From the sequence record NC_061448.1: a stretch of DNA of 64,000 nucleotides, one strand, 5' to 3'. The position numbers and the translations under genes were made by a program. The notes under the pieces were generated by a model. The model saw only the letters and a list, made by a program, of their open reading frames with translations. It was not told where the DNA came from and ran no database searches. Shown here one piece after another: positions 8,807 to 17,032 of this stretch (positions within the stretch are counted from its first letter, which is position 1; every line of letters starts with the position of its first letter).

Positions 8807-9422
8807 TATGCACATCACTACTTTCTTTGTTAAACGTTCTTACGCTTCTCTGGCTGCTGGTTCATTCACTATTGCTTCTAAGCAAGTGCAAGAGCTGGTG
8901 GAGTCTGAGGTATTCATCGTGTATGCGAACACGGGCTTAGGCAACGCATTCGCTGTACGCAACATCACCCTGACGCCTGTTGATGAAGCAAACGTGCGTG
9001 TTGAGTTCGACCCACTGACCGATGTTCACGCAATGCCACCGTCAGTGTTGCCTAAAGAAAGTCTGACTGAAAGCACACAGCAATATCTCATGTGCCCTGA
9101 CGACGTGGCCGCTGCCCCGCGCTTCTGCGTATCTAACCACGCATCTGGCAACGAGCCGAACATGTTGAGCCTGAACCATGACGTGCGCGAGCGTCTGATT
9201 CAATATAAGGGCGGCATGATCAGCCTGACAGAGCTGGTGCTTGTGCTGCATGATCAAGATATTTCAGTGACCGATATCCACCAGCATCGTCGCAATAAAG
9301 AGAAGTATGTTGCGCAGATCACAGAACGCACCTCACACGTTATCGAACTGTCGAAAGACAACGGCGTTAAGCAGCACGACACAGACTTCCCGTTGCTTGC
9401 TCGCCTGAACGTGTATCTCTAA
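8802..9422 (+). CDS. Hypothetical protein, paralogue of 10373..10951
   Basis: Shared pattern F(F/I)K...LA.G...E.E...Y...A(F/Y)A...L..VD...V(R/K)..F, PRF, terminal VYL. Confidence 0.85.
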   Translation: MTMHITTFFVKRSYASLAAGSFTIASKQVQELVESEVFIVYANTGLGNAFAVRNITLTPVDEANVRVEFDPLTDVHAMPPSVLPKESLTESTQQYLMCPDDVAAAPRFCVSNHASGNEPNMLSLNHDVRERLIQYKGGMISLTELVLVLHDQDISVTDIHQHRRNKEKYVAQITERTSHVIELSKDNGVKQHDTDFPLLARLNVYL

Positions 9423-9426
9423 TCAG

Positions 9427-9483
9427 CACAAATCTGGACAAAATCGCCGTTGAGTTTAGGCGCTCAATGGCGTACTATGTAAT
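9427..9483 (+). promoter_or_regulatory. Conserved phage promoter, copy 2 (palindromic spacer)
   Basis: CTGGACAAAAT box, TACTAT -10 at 32 nt; CGCCGTTGAG/CTCAATGGCG inverted repeat. Confidence 0.7.
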
Positions 9484-9525
9484 CTCTAGCGCAATGACGC
9501 GCTCAATCAAGAAAGAGGCAATATC

Positions 9526-9771
9526 ATGTCAGAGAAACAAATCACACTCGACCTTATCGCGGACGTAGCATCGCCAACTGAAATCATCTTTGAAGATGGT
9601 GAGTCTTCTAACGACTGGCTCGCGCCGTATGATCTGCGCCTGACAGTGACGCAGCATGTAGGCCCGAACGGCTATCCCGAAGTTGCAATCATCGGCCACG
9701 AAGATGATCTGCGTCGCTTCTTGGCTGAGAAGCTGCCTGACACTGACGCCGAACTCGAAGACGTGCGTTAA
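9526..9771 (+). CDS. Small acidic hypothetical protein (81 aa)
   Basis: SD GAGG; first ORF after promoter 2. Confidence 0.8.
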   Translation: MSEKQITLDLIADVASPTEIIFEDGESSNDWLAPYDLRLTVTQHVGPNGYPEVAIIGHEDDLRRFLAEKLPDTDAELEDVR

Positions 9772-9822
9772 TCACTTATGGGGCCTCGTGCCCCATTTCT
9801 ACTTTCTGCCTGAGATTCGACT

Positions 9823-10311
9823 ATGAAAAACCAATATCTGATTCTTCGCATGAGCGCCGCTGACCTGTACGACAAACAATTTCTGATGCGCGGCTTCAAT
9901 CGCAAGCGTATCGAAAATGTCATCGGCGTTATCGCTGTCGTAGATAACTCTGATAACTTGTATCACCTGATACGCATTAACGTTGACCTGTTGCAGTCAG
10001 ACACGCAACAAAACTGGGCAAGACTTAGCTGGTCTAGCATCGACCGTGAGACTATCGACTTAGGCATGGAGCGTCTGCCTCCTGAACTCGCCAAGTCTAT
10101 TCGTGCGATGCGCAACAATCGCATGTATCATACAATCGACACGACAATCCCTGTAGCGTTTCGTGATCGCCACACACAATTTGCATACACGCCAAGCGCT
10201 GTGCGCAAGATCGCTAACAGAGAAACGAAGTCACTCGACGACTTCACTGTAGAAGAAATCGTAGCGCACCTGAAACAACGTCTAGGCGCTGAGATTGAAA
10301 TCAAGCTGTAA
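9823..10311 (+). CDS. Hypothetical protein (162 aa)
   Basis: ORF with typical codon usage. Confidence 0.75.
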   Translation: MKNQYLILRMSAADLYDKQFLMRGFNRKRIENVIGVIAVVDNSDNLYHLIRINVDLLQSDTQQNWARLSWSSIDRETIDLGMERLPPELAKSIRAMRNNRMYHTIDTTIPVAFRDRHTQFAYTPSAVRKIANRETKSLDDFTVEEIVAHLKQRLGAEIEIKL

Positions 10312-10321
10312 GCACTAAACA

Positions 10322-10377
10322 GACTGCGGCGTTACGGCGCCGCTCATTATCACTTTAAAGAGAGACACGACTATGAC
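10322..10377 (+). repeat. Leader cassette A2, homologous to 8752-8806
   Basis: GACTGCGGCG-TTACGG-CGCCGC...AGAGAGACACGACTATGAC (compensatory G-C to C-G change). Confidence 0.75.
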
Positions 10378-10951
10378 CGTAGTTGCATTCATCAAAACAA
10401 ACGACACTACTCTGGCGACTGGCGAGATTCTGATTAAGCGTCCTCACTTCGAAGCGTTCTGCGAGTGTGAGATTGCTGTGCTGTACACTACAGGCAAAGA
10501 GCAGGGTAGCGCAAAAGCCTACGCACTGACTGACCTCATGTTGCACATTGTCGATAAAGAGCGCGTTAAGATCGTGTTCAAAGACAAGACGCCTATCGAC
10601 GCGTCACTGATTCGTGAATATCAGTATGACGAGAAAGAAGATATGGCGATTGAAGCAGAGCAGCCTAAACTGCTGACCGACGTGCCTCGCTTCAACATCG
10701 TGTCTGACCTGAGCAGTGAATACAGTGTGACGCTGCCGTACGAAGCGCGTATGTGTATCGCTCAATACGTGTGTGGTCTGTTCAACACTGCGACGTTCAA
10801 ACGTCGTATGACGCGCCTGAACTTTAAAGTCGTGTCTCTGATTACGCGAGGTCGACGTGAAGAAGGTATGCCTTACGCTATCTTCCGCCATCGCCTGAGT
10901 CAGCTTGCTACAATCTCTGACGGCAAGAACGCGATGCAAGTCTATCTGTAA
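10373..10951 (+). CDS. Hypothetical protein, paralogue of 8802..9422
   Basis: See 8802. Confidence 0.85.
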   Translation: MTVVAFIKTNDTTLATGEILIKRPHFEAFCECEIAVLYTTGKEQGSAKAYALTDLMLHIVDKERVKIVFKDKTPIDASLIREYQYDEKEDMAIEAEQPKLLTDVPRFNIVSDLSSEYSVTLPYEARMCIAQYVCGLFNTATFKRRMTRLNFKVVSLITRGRREEGMPYAIFRHRLSQLATISDGKNAMQVYL

Positions 10952-10960
10952 ACAACCAAC

Positions 10961-10983
10961 GCCCTGCATATCGCGGGGCTTTT
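10961..10983 (+). terminator. Rho-independent terminator
   Basis: GCCCTGC-ATATC-GCGGGGC-TTTT. Confidence 0.75.
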
Positions 10984-10999
10984 CTGTTTGGAGAATGCT

Positions 11000-11260
11000 A
11001 TGATTCATTATACCCGTGACGAACTCGAAGAAATGGATGTGGTCGAGCTTGACCAGATCGCTAGTGACCGTGGTCTGCTTGATGACTTCGACGAAGAAGA
11101 CGATCAAGACGAACACATGCTGGTGGGTTTGATTCTTGACGACCAGAACGAGCAACGCATGGCAGAAGAAGACGCTGCCGACAAACAACGCGCCGAAGAT
11201 GATCGCGACCCGCGTATCAATCGTCGTGAAGATCAAGACGGCTCGGATGACTACTGCTAA
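11000..11260 (+). CDS. Very acidic small protein with a helix-loop-helix (Rho-N/HeH-like) module
   Basis: SD GGAG; DELEEMDVVELDQIASDRGL...HMLVGLIL. Confidence 0.75.
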   Translation: MIHYTRDELEEMDVVELDQIASDRGLLDDFDEEDDQDEHMLVGLILDDQNEQRMAEEDAADKQRAEDDRDPRINRREDQDGSDDYC

Positions 11261-11478
11261 TGACACCTACTGAACTCAATGAATATCTGCATCTGGTACT
11301 GACGCCTGTTGCTATGGCATGGCGTGAGCAGTTCCCCAAGAAGAAGCAGGTGATGGCGTCTGTTAAGACAGCGTACTCCTGTCGAATCAAATTCGTCGAA
11401 GACCGTGACGTTGAAAAACAGTGGCAAGCATTCTGCCGCACACACGGTCTCAAAAACGAAGAGACTCTCGAAATCTAA
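11260..11478 (+). CDS. Hypothetical protein (72 aa)
   Basis: TAATG coupling to the upstream gene. Confidence 0.7.
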   Translation: MTPTELNEYLHLVLTPVAMAWREQFPKKKQVMASVKTAYSCRIKFVEDRDVEKQWQAFCRTHGLKNEETLEI

Positions 11479-11481
11479 ATC

Positions 11482-11512
11482 AAAGGGCTGCCATTGCTGG
11501 TGGCCCTTTTTT
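11482..11512 (+). terminator. Rho-independent terminator
   Basis: AAAGGGCTGCCA-TTGC-TGGTGGCCCTTT-TTT. Confidence 0.85.
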
Positions 11513-11558
11513 CATTTCTGTAAATATCACGCACACAAACAACAATGCGAGATATACA

Positions 11559-11927
11559 ATGCGCCGCTTCGTTATCGTCTTCAACGTCAGTCAGGCAGAG
11601 CTTGATGACCGTCGCTTCTTTCAATCTAAATTCAATATCGTTTCGTCACTGCGCCGCGCTCGCTGTGTCTTTCTCGTCGTTCGTGAAACCAAGCAGGTGC
11701 TGTGTGTTTCAGAACTGACCTATCAACCTAGCGTAGAGCCGGGTATTCGTCAGGTAGACTTCGATGTACCGCGTGACGTAACAGCATACGTGCTGCCATT
11801 CGCTGAACTCACCGCAGCGATGATCAACAACTCACAAGACCAAAGCATTCGCTACTTCGGGCGTCAGCTTGAAATGGATGCAGACCAGCTCAAGCGCTTT
11901 CACACTCAACTGGAGATTATTTCATGA
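11559..11927 (+). CDS. Hypothetical protein (about 122 aa)
   Basis: ATG after the terminator and a CTGTAAATA motif. Confidence 0.7.
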   Translation: MRRFVIVFNVSQAELDDRRFFQSKFNIVSSLRRARCVFLVVRETKQVLCVSELTYQPSVEPGIRQVDFDVPRDVTAYVLPFAELTAAMINNSQDQSIRYFGRQLEMDADQLKRFHTQLEIIS

Positions 11928-12169
11928 CACGCCCTACACTCGGCACCTCTCTGGGTGCTCGCTTCGCTGTTACCTCGAAAGAGAATATCGAACGCCGCAA
12001 GAAAACAAACCCGCGTCGCAGCACGTTAAGCGCAGCAACAACCAAAGAGTTGCATGAAGCTGTGAACGCTCTGGCAATCAAACTCAAGACCACACGTTCA
12101 GGCGCTATCGAACGAGCGGTGGCCGAACTGTGTGACAAGCATGGCATTGACTACGGGACGCTTGAATGA
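11924..12169 (+). CDS. Ribbon-helix-helix (CopG-like) DNA-binding protein
   Basis: STLSAATTKELHEAVNALAIKLKTTRSGAIERAVAEL fits the strand-helix-helix pattern. Confidence 0.6.
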   Translation: MTRPTLGTSLGARFAVTSKENIERRKKTNPRRSTLSAATTKELHEAVNALAIKLKTTRSGAIERAVAELCDKHGIDYGTLE

Positions 12170-12528
12170 CCGACACGCATATCTACTGCAAGCTGTATGG
12201 TGTGCAGCATCGCCTGAGAATCACTGCCTACAACTTCATGAAGCAGCCTAACATGATCACTGTCGATTCGTCTGACGTACTCAAGATGATTCCTCGCGTG
12301 AATGTAGGTGCAGCATACGACACGTACACGCCTTTCAATGTGCTGAAAGCGGGTAAGGCAGACTTCAAGATCCGCCTGATGGAAAGAACAGACGCTAACG
12401 TATGGCGCTACGTGTTCGAAGACTATCGTGGGCAGATGTTCGAAACGTATTTAGTTCGGAGACACTATGAAACGCCTCGGGATTGTAACGGTGTTGTCAT
12501 TAAAGGACAAACAACCAAAGTCATGTGA
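12166..12528 (+). CDS. Hypothetical protein (120 aa)
   Basis: ATGA overlap coupling. Confidence 0.7.
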   Translation: MTDTHIYCKLYGVQHRLRITAYNFMKQPNMITVDSSDVLKMIPRVNVGAAYDTYTPFNVLKAGKADFKIRLMERTDANVWRYVFEDYRGQMFETYLVRRHYETPRDCNGVVIKGQTTKVM

Positions 12529-13102
12529 CTTAGATATTACGCCTGTGTCGAAAGACGAAGAATGGGGCTCGCTGAGTCCCTTTCATTTAGGACCGTGTCG
12601 CACACCAGACGGCACGATGTTCCTCAACATGGAGAACCTGTGGCAGTACAGCAAGGTCTACGAAGAACATCTCATTAACTCGAATGACCTGTTCCACGGT
12701 GAGATCTCCTCAGACTGGTGGGCGTGGCATTTAAAAGGCAGCACAACAAAACAGGCGCATCGCTATCCTATGGGGAAAGGCCAGAAGGCTTTGTTCTCCC
12801 GATGGGGCGACTTGCGCCTTTCGTACATTCCCGCACGAAAACAAATCTACGTGCCTGAGTATGCGAAGCTGGTGGTGCAGCAACCGAAGTTCAAGCGCCT
12901 GCTCAAGGAATACAAGAAAGGTGCGCACATCGTTTTGCGTGACTATGACACCTACGATATTCAACGCGCCTATCCTGACTCGCGCAGTCCGTGGCTATCA
13001 GCCATTCAAAATGACAATGCCAAATTCGGACACGCGTTCGTTATCGCATTGGCCCTGCTGTTTCACGAACGACCACTCTGGTACAATCAATGGACAATCT
13101 AA
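12467..13102 (+). CDS. NADAR-superfamily-like protein
   Basis: LSPF...FLNMENLWQYSKVY resembles the NADAR N-terminal S(N/P)F...E..(Y/W)Q..K motif; C-terminal GHAFVI. Confidence 0.5.
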   Translation: MKRLGIVTVLSLKDKQPKSCDLDITPVSKDEEWGSLSPFHLGPCRTPDGTMFLNMENLWQYSKVYEEHLINSNDLFHGEISSDWWAWHLKGSTTKQAHRYPMGKGQKALFSRWGDLRLSYIPARKQIYVPEYAKLVVQQPKFKRLLKEYKKGAHIVLRDYDTYDIQRAYPDSRSPWLSAIQNDNAKFGHAFVIALALLFHERPLWYNQWTI

Positions 13103-13410
13103 ACGAGAAAGCATACTGGCGATTCGACATAGACAAACGTGCGGGCAATATCAATCTGCCGCATCTCCCTGCTGATTACACTGTGGTGCTCAAAGACAAC
13201 CTAACGTTACAGCGTACTACAGTGAAGATTGATGGTCTGACTATCGTGTCTTCTCAAGGGAAGACGTGTGGCAGCCTACAGTTTATCACAGGTGCAAACA
13301 TGCTTATTTGGTCGTCGTTTGAGGCATTCAGATTCACGCTGATCGTAGACGAAGTGAAGCGCTACAGACTGAGCGCTATCGACCGTCAATCTGCTGAACT
13401 CTGCAAATAA
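13090..13410 (+). CDS. Hypothetical protein (106 aa)
   Basis: Coupled ORF ending inside the promoter 3 box. Confidence 0.7.
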   Translation: MDNLNEKAYWRFDIDKRAGNINLPHLPADYTVVLKDNLTLQRTTVKIDGLTIVSSQGKTCGSLQFITGANMLIWSSFEAFRFTLIVDEVKRYRLSAIDRQSAELCK

Positions 13411-13456
13411 CTGGACAAAATAGCTCTTTCATTCAGTAGTCGACCTATGATATAAT
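13403..13456 (+). promoter_or_regulatory. Conserved phage promoter, copy 3
   Basis: GCAAATAACTGGACAAAAT; 33 nt; TG-A-TATAAT. Confidence 0.9.
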
Positions 13457-13484
13457 AAACGTGAGCGCAGTGCTCATACAACAC

Positions 13485-13498
13485 AAGCTGAGGAGCTT
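13485..13498 (+). promoter_or_regulatory. SD in GAGG tetraloop hairpin
   Basis: AAGCT-GAGG-AGCTT, ATG 13502. Confidence 0.75.
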
Positions 13499-13501
13499 AC
13501 T

Positions 13502-13960
13502 ATGACTACTTATAACATCTCTGATCTCAAAACCCCAGAATCTTTCGTAAACGCGCAGTTCGGCCATCTGGAAGATCTTCTCGAAAAACTGCGTAACGCT
13601 CTGGGTCGTGATGACCTGTCATTGCAGTTAGATGCGGACGGGGAAAACATTCAGGACGTTAACACTTCCCCCGACGCTCTTGTGGGAAAAAGCCTGATTC
13701 AAATTCTCGTCACACTTCACGGGTCAGACGTAGATGAAGACGACGATGGTGGTCAGGCAGTTTCTTCTCGTGATGCTTGGTACGCTGCCTTGGGTTTCCC
13801 TCACGTAGAAAATGAATGGGGCGAGTGGACGAACTCATTCACGATGTGGGTAGAAGCAGCCGACGGGGATATGCTTGAAGAAATCTCCGTAGAGAATGGA
13901 AACCCAAAAATGATTGAACAACTAGTAGAGCGTATCAACTACTGGTTCCCTGCTGTTTAA
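13502..13960 (+). CDS. Acidic hypothetical protein (152 aa)
   Basis: First ORF after promoter 3. Confidence 0.85.
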   Translation: MTTYNISDLKTPESFVNAQFGHLEDLLEKLRNALGRDDLSLQLDADGENIQDVNTSPDALVGKSLIQILVTLHGSDVDEDDDGGQAVSSRDAWYAALGFPHVENEWGEWTNSFTMWVEAADGDMLEEISVENGNPKMIEQLVERINYWFPAV

Positions 13961-13963
13961 GTG

Positions 13964-14028
13964 ATTTGTGTAGAGCATTCGCTGAGTGCTCTATGAAAAT
14001 CCAAACAACCTAAGCTGAGGAGCTTAAC
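13964..14028 (+). repeat. Intergenic cassette B1: long hairpin + AAACAACC + GAGG-loop SD
   Basis: GATTT-gtg-TAGAGCATTC-GCT-GAGTGCTCTA-tga-AAATC; TAAGCT-GAGG-AGCTTA. Confidence 0.8.
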
Positions 14029-14346
14029 ATGTCATCTTCTACTACTCTGACTTTCATCTTCCCCGAACTGACCACTCTGGAAGTTTCTATCGGTAACGGC
14101 GTTGTGCCTAGCTATCTGGGTATCGCCGAAAACAGAGACAAGACGTTCAGCGATATTAAAGCGCTGCGTCTGATGCAAGACTCAAACGTTGTGGGCGTAA
14201 TGAGCCGCTTCGATCAGTCACTGTTGAACATGCTGATCTCTCGACACGAAACGCATGAGCATATTCGTTGTCAGGACTGTGTGCAGAATGGCAGTGAGTA
14301 TTTCCCGTCTACTTGCCTGTATCTGCGAGTGGCGCATCACCGCTAA
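14029..14346 (+). CDS. Hypothetical protein (105 aa)
   Basis: SD hairpin. Confidence 0.8.
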   Translation: MSSSTTLTFIFPELTTLEVSIGNGVVPSYLGIAENRDKTFSDIKALRLMQDSNVVGVMSRFDQSLLNMLISRHETHEHIRCQDCVQNGSEYFPSTCLYLRVAHHR

Positions 14347-14411
14347 GATTTGTGAAGGGCATTTGCGAGTGCCCTTTGAAAATCAAACAACCCTGTTCTG
14401 AGGAGAACAAA
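14347..14411 (+). repeat. Intergenic cassette B2
   Basis: GATTT-gtg-AAGGGCATT-TGCG-AGTGCCCTT-tga-AAATC-AAACAACCC; TGTTCT-GAGG-AGAACA. Confidence 0.8.
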
Positions 14412-14768
14412 ATGACTTCTACTGAGATGCCTCGTGATGCCCGTGCTTTTGATGATCTTGATGCTAACGGGTTTTTACGTATTACTAATTGCCTGGGTAT
14501 CATGCTGTCTCGTGGCGACTTGGAGCTTCTGACCAATATCAGTGATCGCACTGTCACTGTTAAGTATCGCACAGGCGCAGTGAACAAATTCGGACACGGC
14601 CACGTTGTTCTGCGTTTCCCGTCAGAAGTTCTTCAATCGGATATTCTCGAAGACTTCGAAGTGACCGTCGATAAAGATATTGTGATTCTTATCGAACGCC
14701 AGTACAGTTCAGCCGCAACGTTCCAGCGCATTGCTGGTGTGATTGAAGGTCTGATGTACAAACTGTGA
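14412..14768 (+). CDS. Hypothetical protein (118 aa)
   Basis: SD hairpin; ATG 14412. Confidence 0.8.
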   Translation: MTSTEMPRDARAFDDLDANGFLRITNCLGIMLSRGDLELLTNISDRTVTVKYRTGAVNKFGHGHVVLRFPSEVLQSDILEDFEVTVDKDIVILIERQYSSAATFQRIAGVIEGLMYKL

Positions 14769-14770
14769 TT

Positions 14771-14832
14771 GTTGCTCGCAGGTTCTTACGAGAGCCTGCT
14801 GTCAACATAACCCATAAGCTGAGGAGCTTAAC
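14771..14832 (+). repeat. Intergenic cassette B3
   Basis: GTTG-ctc-GCAGGTTCT-TACG-AGAGCCTGC-tgt-CAAC; TAAGCT-GAGG-AGCTTA. Confidence 0.75.
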
Positions 14833-15237
14833 ATGAAACAATATCCGCAACGTGGCCGTGTGTATACGCTGAAAGAAATCGAGAACGAACTCGAACTGCG
14901 AGACAGCCCATTCTTAGGCTTCACCCCGCAGAAAGTTCGTTACGTCGGACTCACTGCGACCGAGCAAGTGGTTCAGCAATCTCACATTGCTGATCTGTCC
15001 GAGCTTGAAGGCTGGGCAGATACAGAGTGGACGTATCTGTATGAGACAGACGAATGGATTCCAATCTTCCGTGCTGTTGATAACGCAGCAATCGAAGCGC
15101 TGTGTGTCATTGAACCTGACACGTATGAACATCGTTCTGATACAACGATGTTCGTCTACCCTAAAGGCACTGTGTGCAAGCAGTATCAGGGTTACGATGA
15201 AACCGTTCACGGCGATCTGCTGGAGCGCGACGAATAA
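14833..15237 (+). CDS. Acidic hypothetical protein (134 aa)
   Basis: SD hairpin. Confidence 0.85.
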   Translation: MKQYPQRGRVYTLKEIENELELRDSPFLGFTPQKVRYVGLTATEQVVQQSHIADLSELEGWADTEWTYLYETDEWIPIFRAVDNAAIEALCVIEPDTYEHRSDTTMFVYPKGTVCKQYQGYDETVHGDLLERDE

Positions 15238-15293
15238 TAACTAGGGATGCTCACGCTGGTGGGTGTCCCATCTTACATTTAAGGGGAAAATCA

Positions 15294-15833
15294 ATGTTAG
15301 ACCAAATCACTCATATCGTACACACAATGATGACCAGCCTGAAAGACGTTCGCGCTGTTCAAGAGATTCACTTCATCGGTAACATGGCGGTACGCTTCCG
15401 CCTAGACAACAAAGTGTTTGACGTTCGTGGTCACTACCCTCTGTTCTCTGTTCACGAAATCGAAGGCGCTTGCATGAGCGGTTCGAAAGCTGCCTACGAG
15501 ATTGAACGTCAACTCAATGGCGGACCGATAGCTGTTCAGGGTGAAGAAGACTTCGCGCATGACTCGCACGAAGAAGCAGTCAACGACCTGCTGTGTGCTC
15601 ACGTTGATAGCATGTCAGAAGAACATGTCCGCGCATACAACGAAGAATGTGGCGGGCCTGACTTGGACCCAATCAACGCACAACGCGTTTGGTTGAAGAC
15701 ACACTTGATTCACCGCAGTGCGGAGCTATCTCGCATGTTTGAAGAAGTGTTGTTCATGGAAGGTAAAGAGCGTTACGAGCAACTGCGTAAAGAAATCAAA
15801 GCTGTCTACGACAATAAATCCAAAGTAGCCTAA
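15294..15833 (+). CDS. Hypothetical protein (179 aa)
   Basis: SD AAGGGG; preceded by an 11-bp hairpin at 15244-15269. Confidence 0.85.
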   Translation: MLDQITHIVHTMMTSLKDVRAVQEIHFIGNMAVRFRLDNKVFDVRGHYPLFSVHEIEGACMSGSKAAYEIERQLNGGPIAVQGEEDFAHDSHEEAVNDLLCAHVDSMSEEHVRAYNEECGGPDLDPINAQRVWLKTHLIHRSAELSRMFEEVLFMEGKERYEQLRKEIKAVYDNKSKVA

Positions 15834-15845
15834 GAGGAAATACAA

Positions 15846-16286
15846 ATGAGCGAAATAGATATTCTGATCCGTGAGTTCGAACGGGCGTATCTCAAGTCAC
15901 TGGCATCACCTTGGGGTAACGTTGCGTACCACGTTCAAGACCGTAACCCTGAGTTGAAGAACATTCGCCTGTACTTGCGCTTTCGCACTCAATTCCAGTG
16001 TCTCTGGAATCGTCCTGTTCTCGTGCTCGCTACCATCGACGTAACGAACCCAGGCAAAGGCGAGTTCTCAAAGTTACTCGCACGTACAAAAGATATGTGC
16101 AGACAACGCGACTGGATTCTTCAAGTCGAAAACGTTCTCACACCGAAGTTCAGAAAGTTTCTACAGCGCGGTGGATTCAAGCCTTTTGGCAATGACGCCG
16201 ACGTACCATTCGGCAGTCTCTACTGGTTCCACGACGAGACAATCCCAACTGAATGCGCGATGTACCGGCAGGAGCGTGTGGTATGA
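15846..16286 (+). CDS. GNAT-fold acetyltransferase-like protein
   Basis: LATIDVTNPGKGEFSKLL...VENVLTPKFRKFLQRGGF matches GNAT motif A/B spacing. Confidence 0.55.
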   Translation: MSEIDILIREFERAYLKSLASPWGNVAYHVQDRNPELKNIRLYLRFRTQFQCLWNRPVLVLATIDVTNPGKGEFSKLLARTKDMCRQRDWILQVENVLTPKFRKFLQRGGFKPFGNDADVPFGSLYWFHDETIPTECAMYRQERVV

Positions 16287-16723
16287 CAATATACTGGCCG
16301 ACAATTCTGTTCTGTCTGACGCCGTTGATTGCATGTTACGCAACTATCCCGTGGTTCCGCGCAGCCGTAGACAGACGCCTGATGTTCAAGTCTCTGGACT
16401 ACGATGCACTCACTGAGATATTCGCTGACGGTATGCCCGAGCGTATGCGCATCGAATGTCTGCAAGCGAAGTACACGGCGTATCAGACAAATCACACTCA
16501 CGTGGACATCTTCCCGCACAAGCAAGGCGTAGCAGCGATTCGCTTTCGTGTCGATGAAGAATTTCCTATTGCGAGTATCTTTCACAAAGTGCTGGTGGCT
16601 AACTACAATGTGCTCGGCCTTAAATCAAAGAAAGCGCCGACAATAAGCATTAACCAGTCTGTGTATCGTGTACTCAACTTTGAGTATGACGATCAATACC
16701 TGTTGGTCTACGTTAAGCATTAA
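16283..16723 (+). CDS. Hypothetical protein with hydrophobic N-terminus
   Basis: ATGA coupling; SD GGAG. Confidence 0.7.
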   Translation: MTIYWPTILFCLTPLIACYATIPWFRAAVDRRLMFKSLDYDALTEIFADGMPERMRIECLQAKYTAYQTNHTHVDIFPHKQGVAAIRFRVDEEFPIASIFHKVLVANYNVLGLKSKKAPTISINQSVYRVLNFEYDDQYLLVYVKH

Positions 16724-16732
16724 GGGAATATC

Positions 16733-17032
16733 ATGGTCACCCAACAACAACTCAAAGAGTTTTCTGCATTGCCCTCTTTAGACAGGAAAGTGTTTCTGCG
16801 CAGTATGCAAGTAGAAATGTTGGGTGCCCTCCCCGAAGTCGAAGCGATTGTCCGCGAGATGTTGTGTCGCGCTATCGTGGTAGACGTAGCACAAGCGGAG
16901 ATGGCGCTCCTTGCAGCACGTCAAATGTGTAGTGACAAGGACGTAAAGAAAGCCATTGACGATTTACTGATGTTCGCGGCTCGTATTCACGACGTAGCCA
17001 CTGATGTACTTATTCTTGGAGATATAGCATGA
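16733..17032 (+). CDS. Hypothetical helical protein (99 aa)
   Basis: SD AAGGG. Confidence 0.75.
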   Translation: MVTQQQLKEFSALPSLDRKVFLRSMQVEMLGALPEVEAIVREMLCRAIVVDVAQAEMALLAARQMCSDKDVKKAIDDLLMFAARIHDVATDVLILGDIA

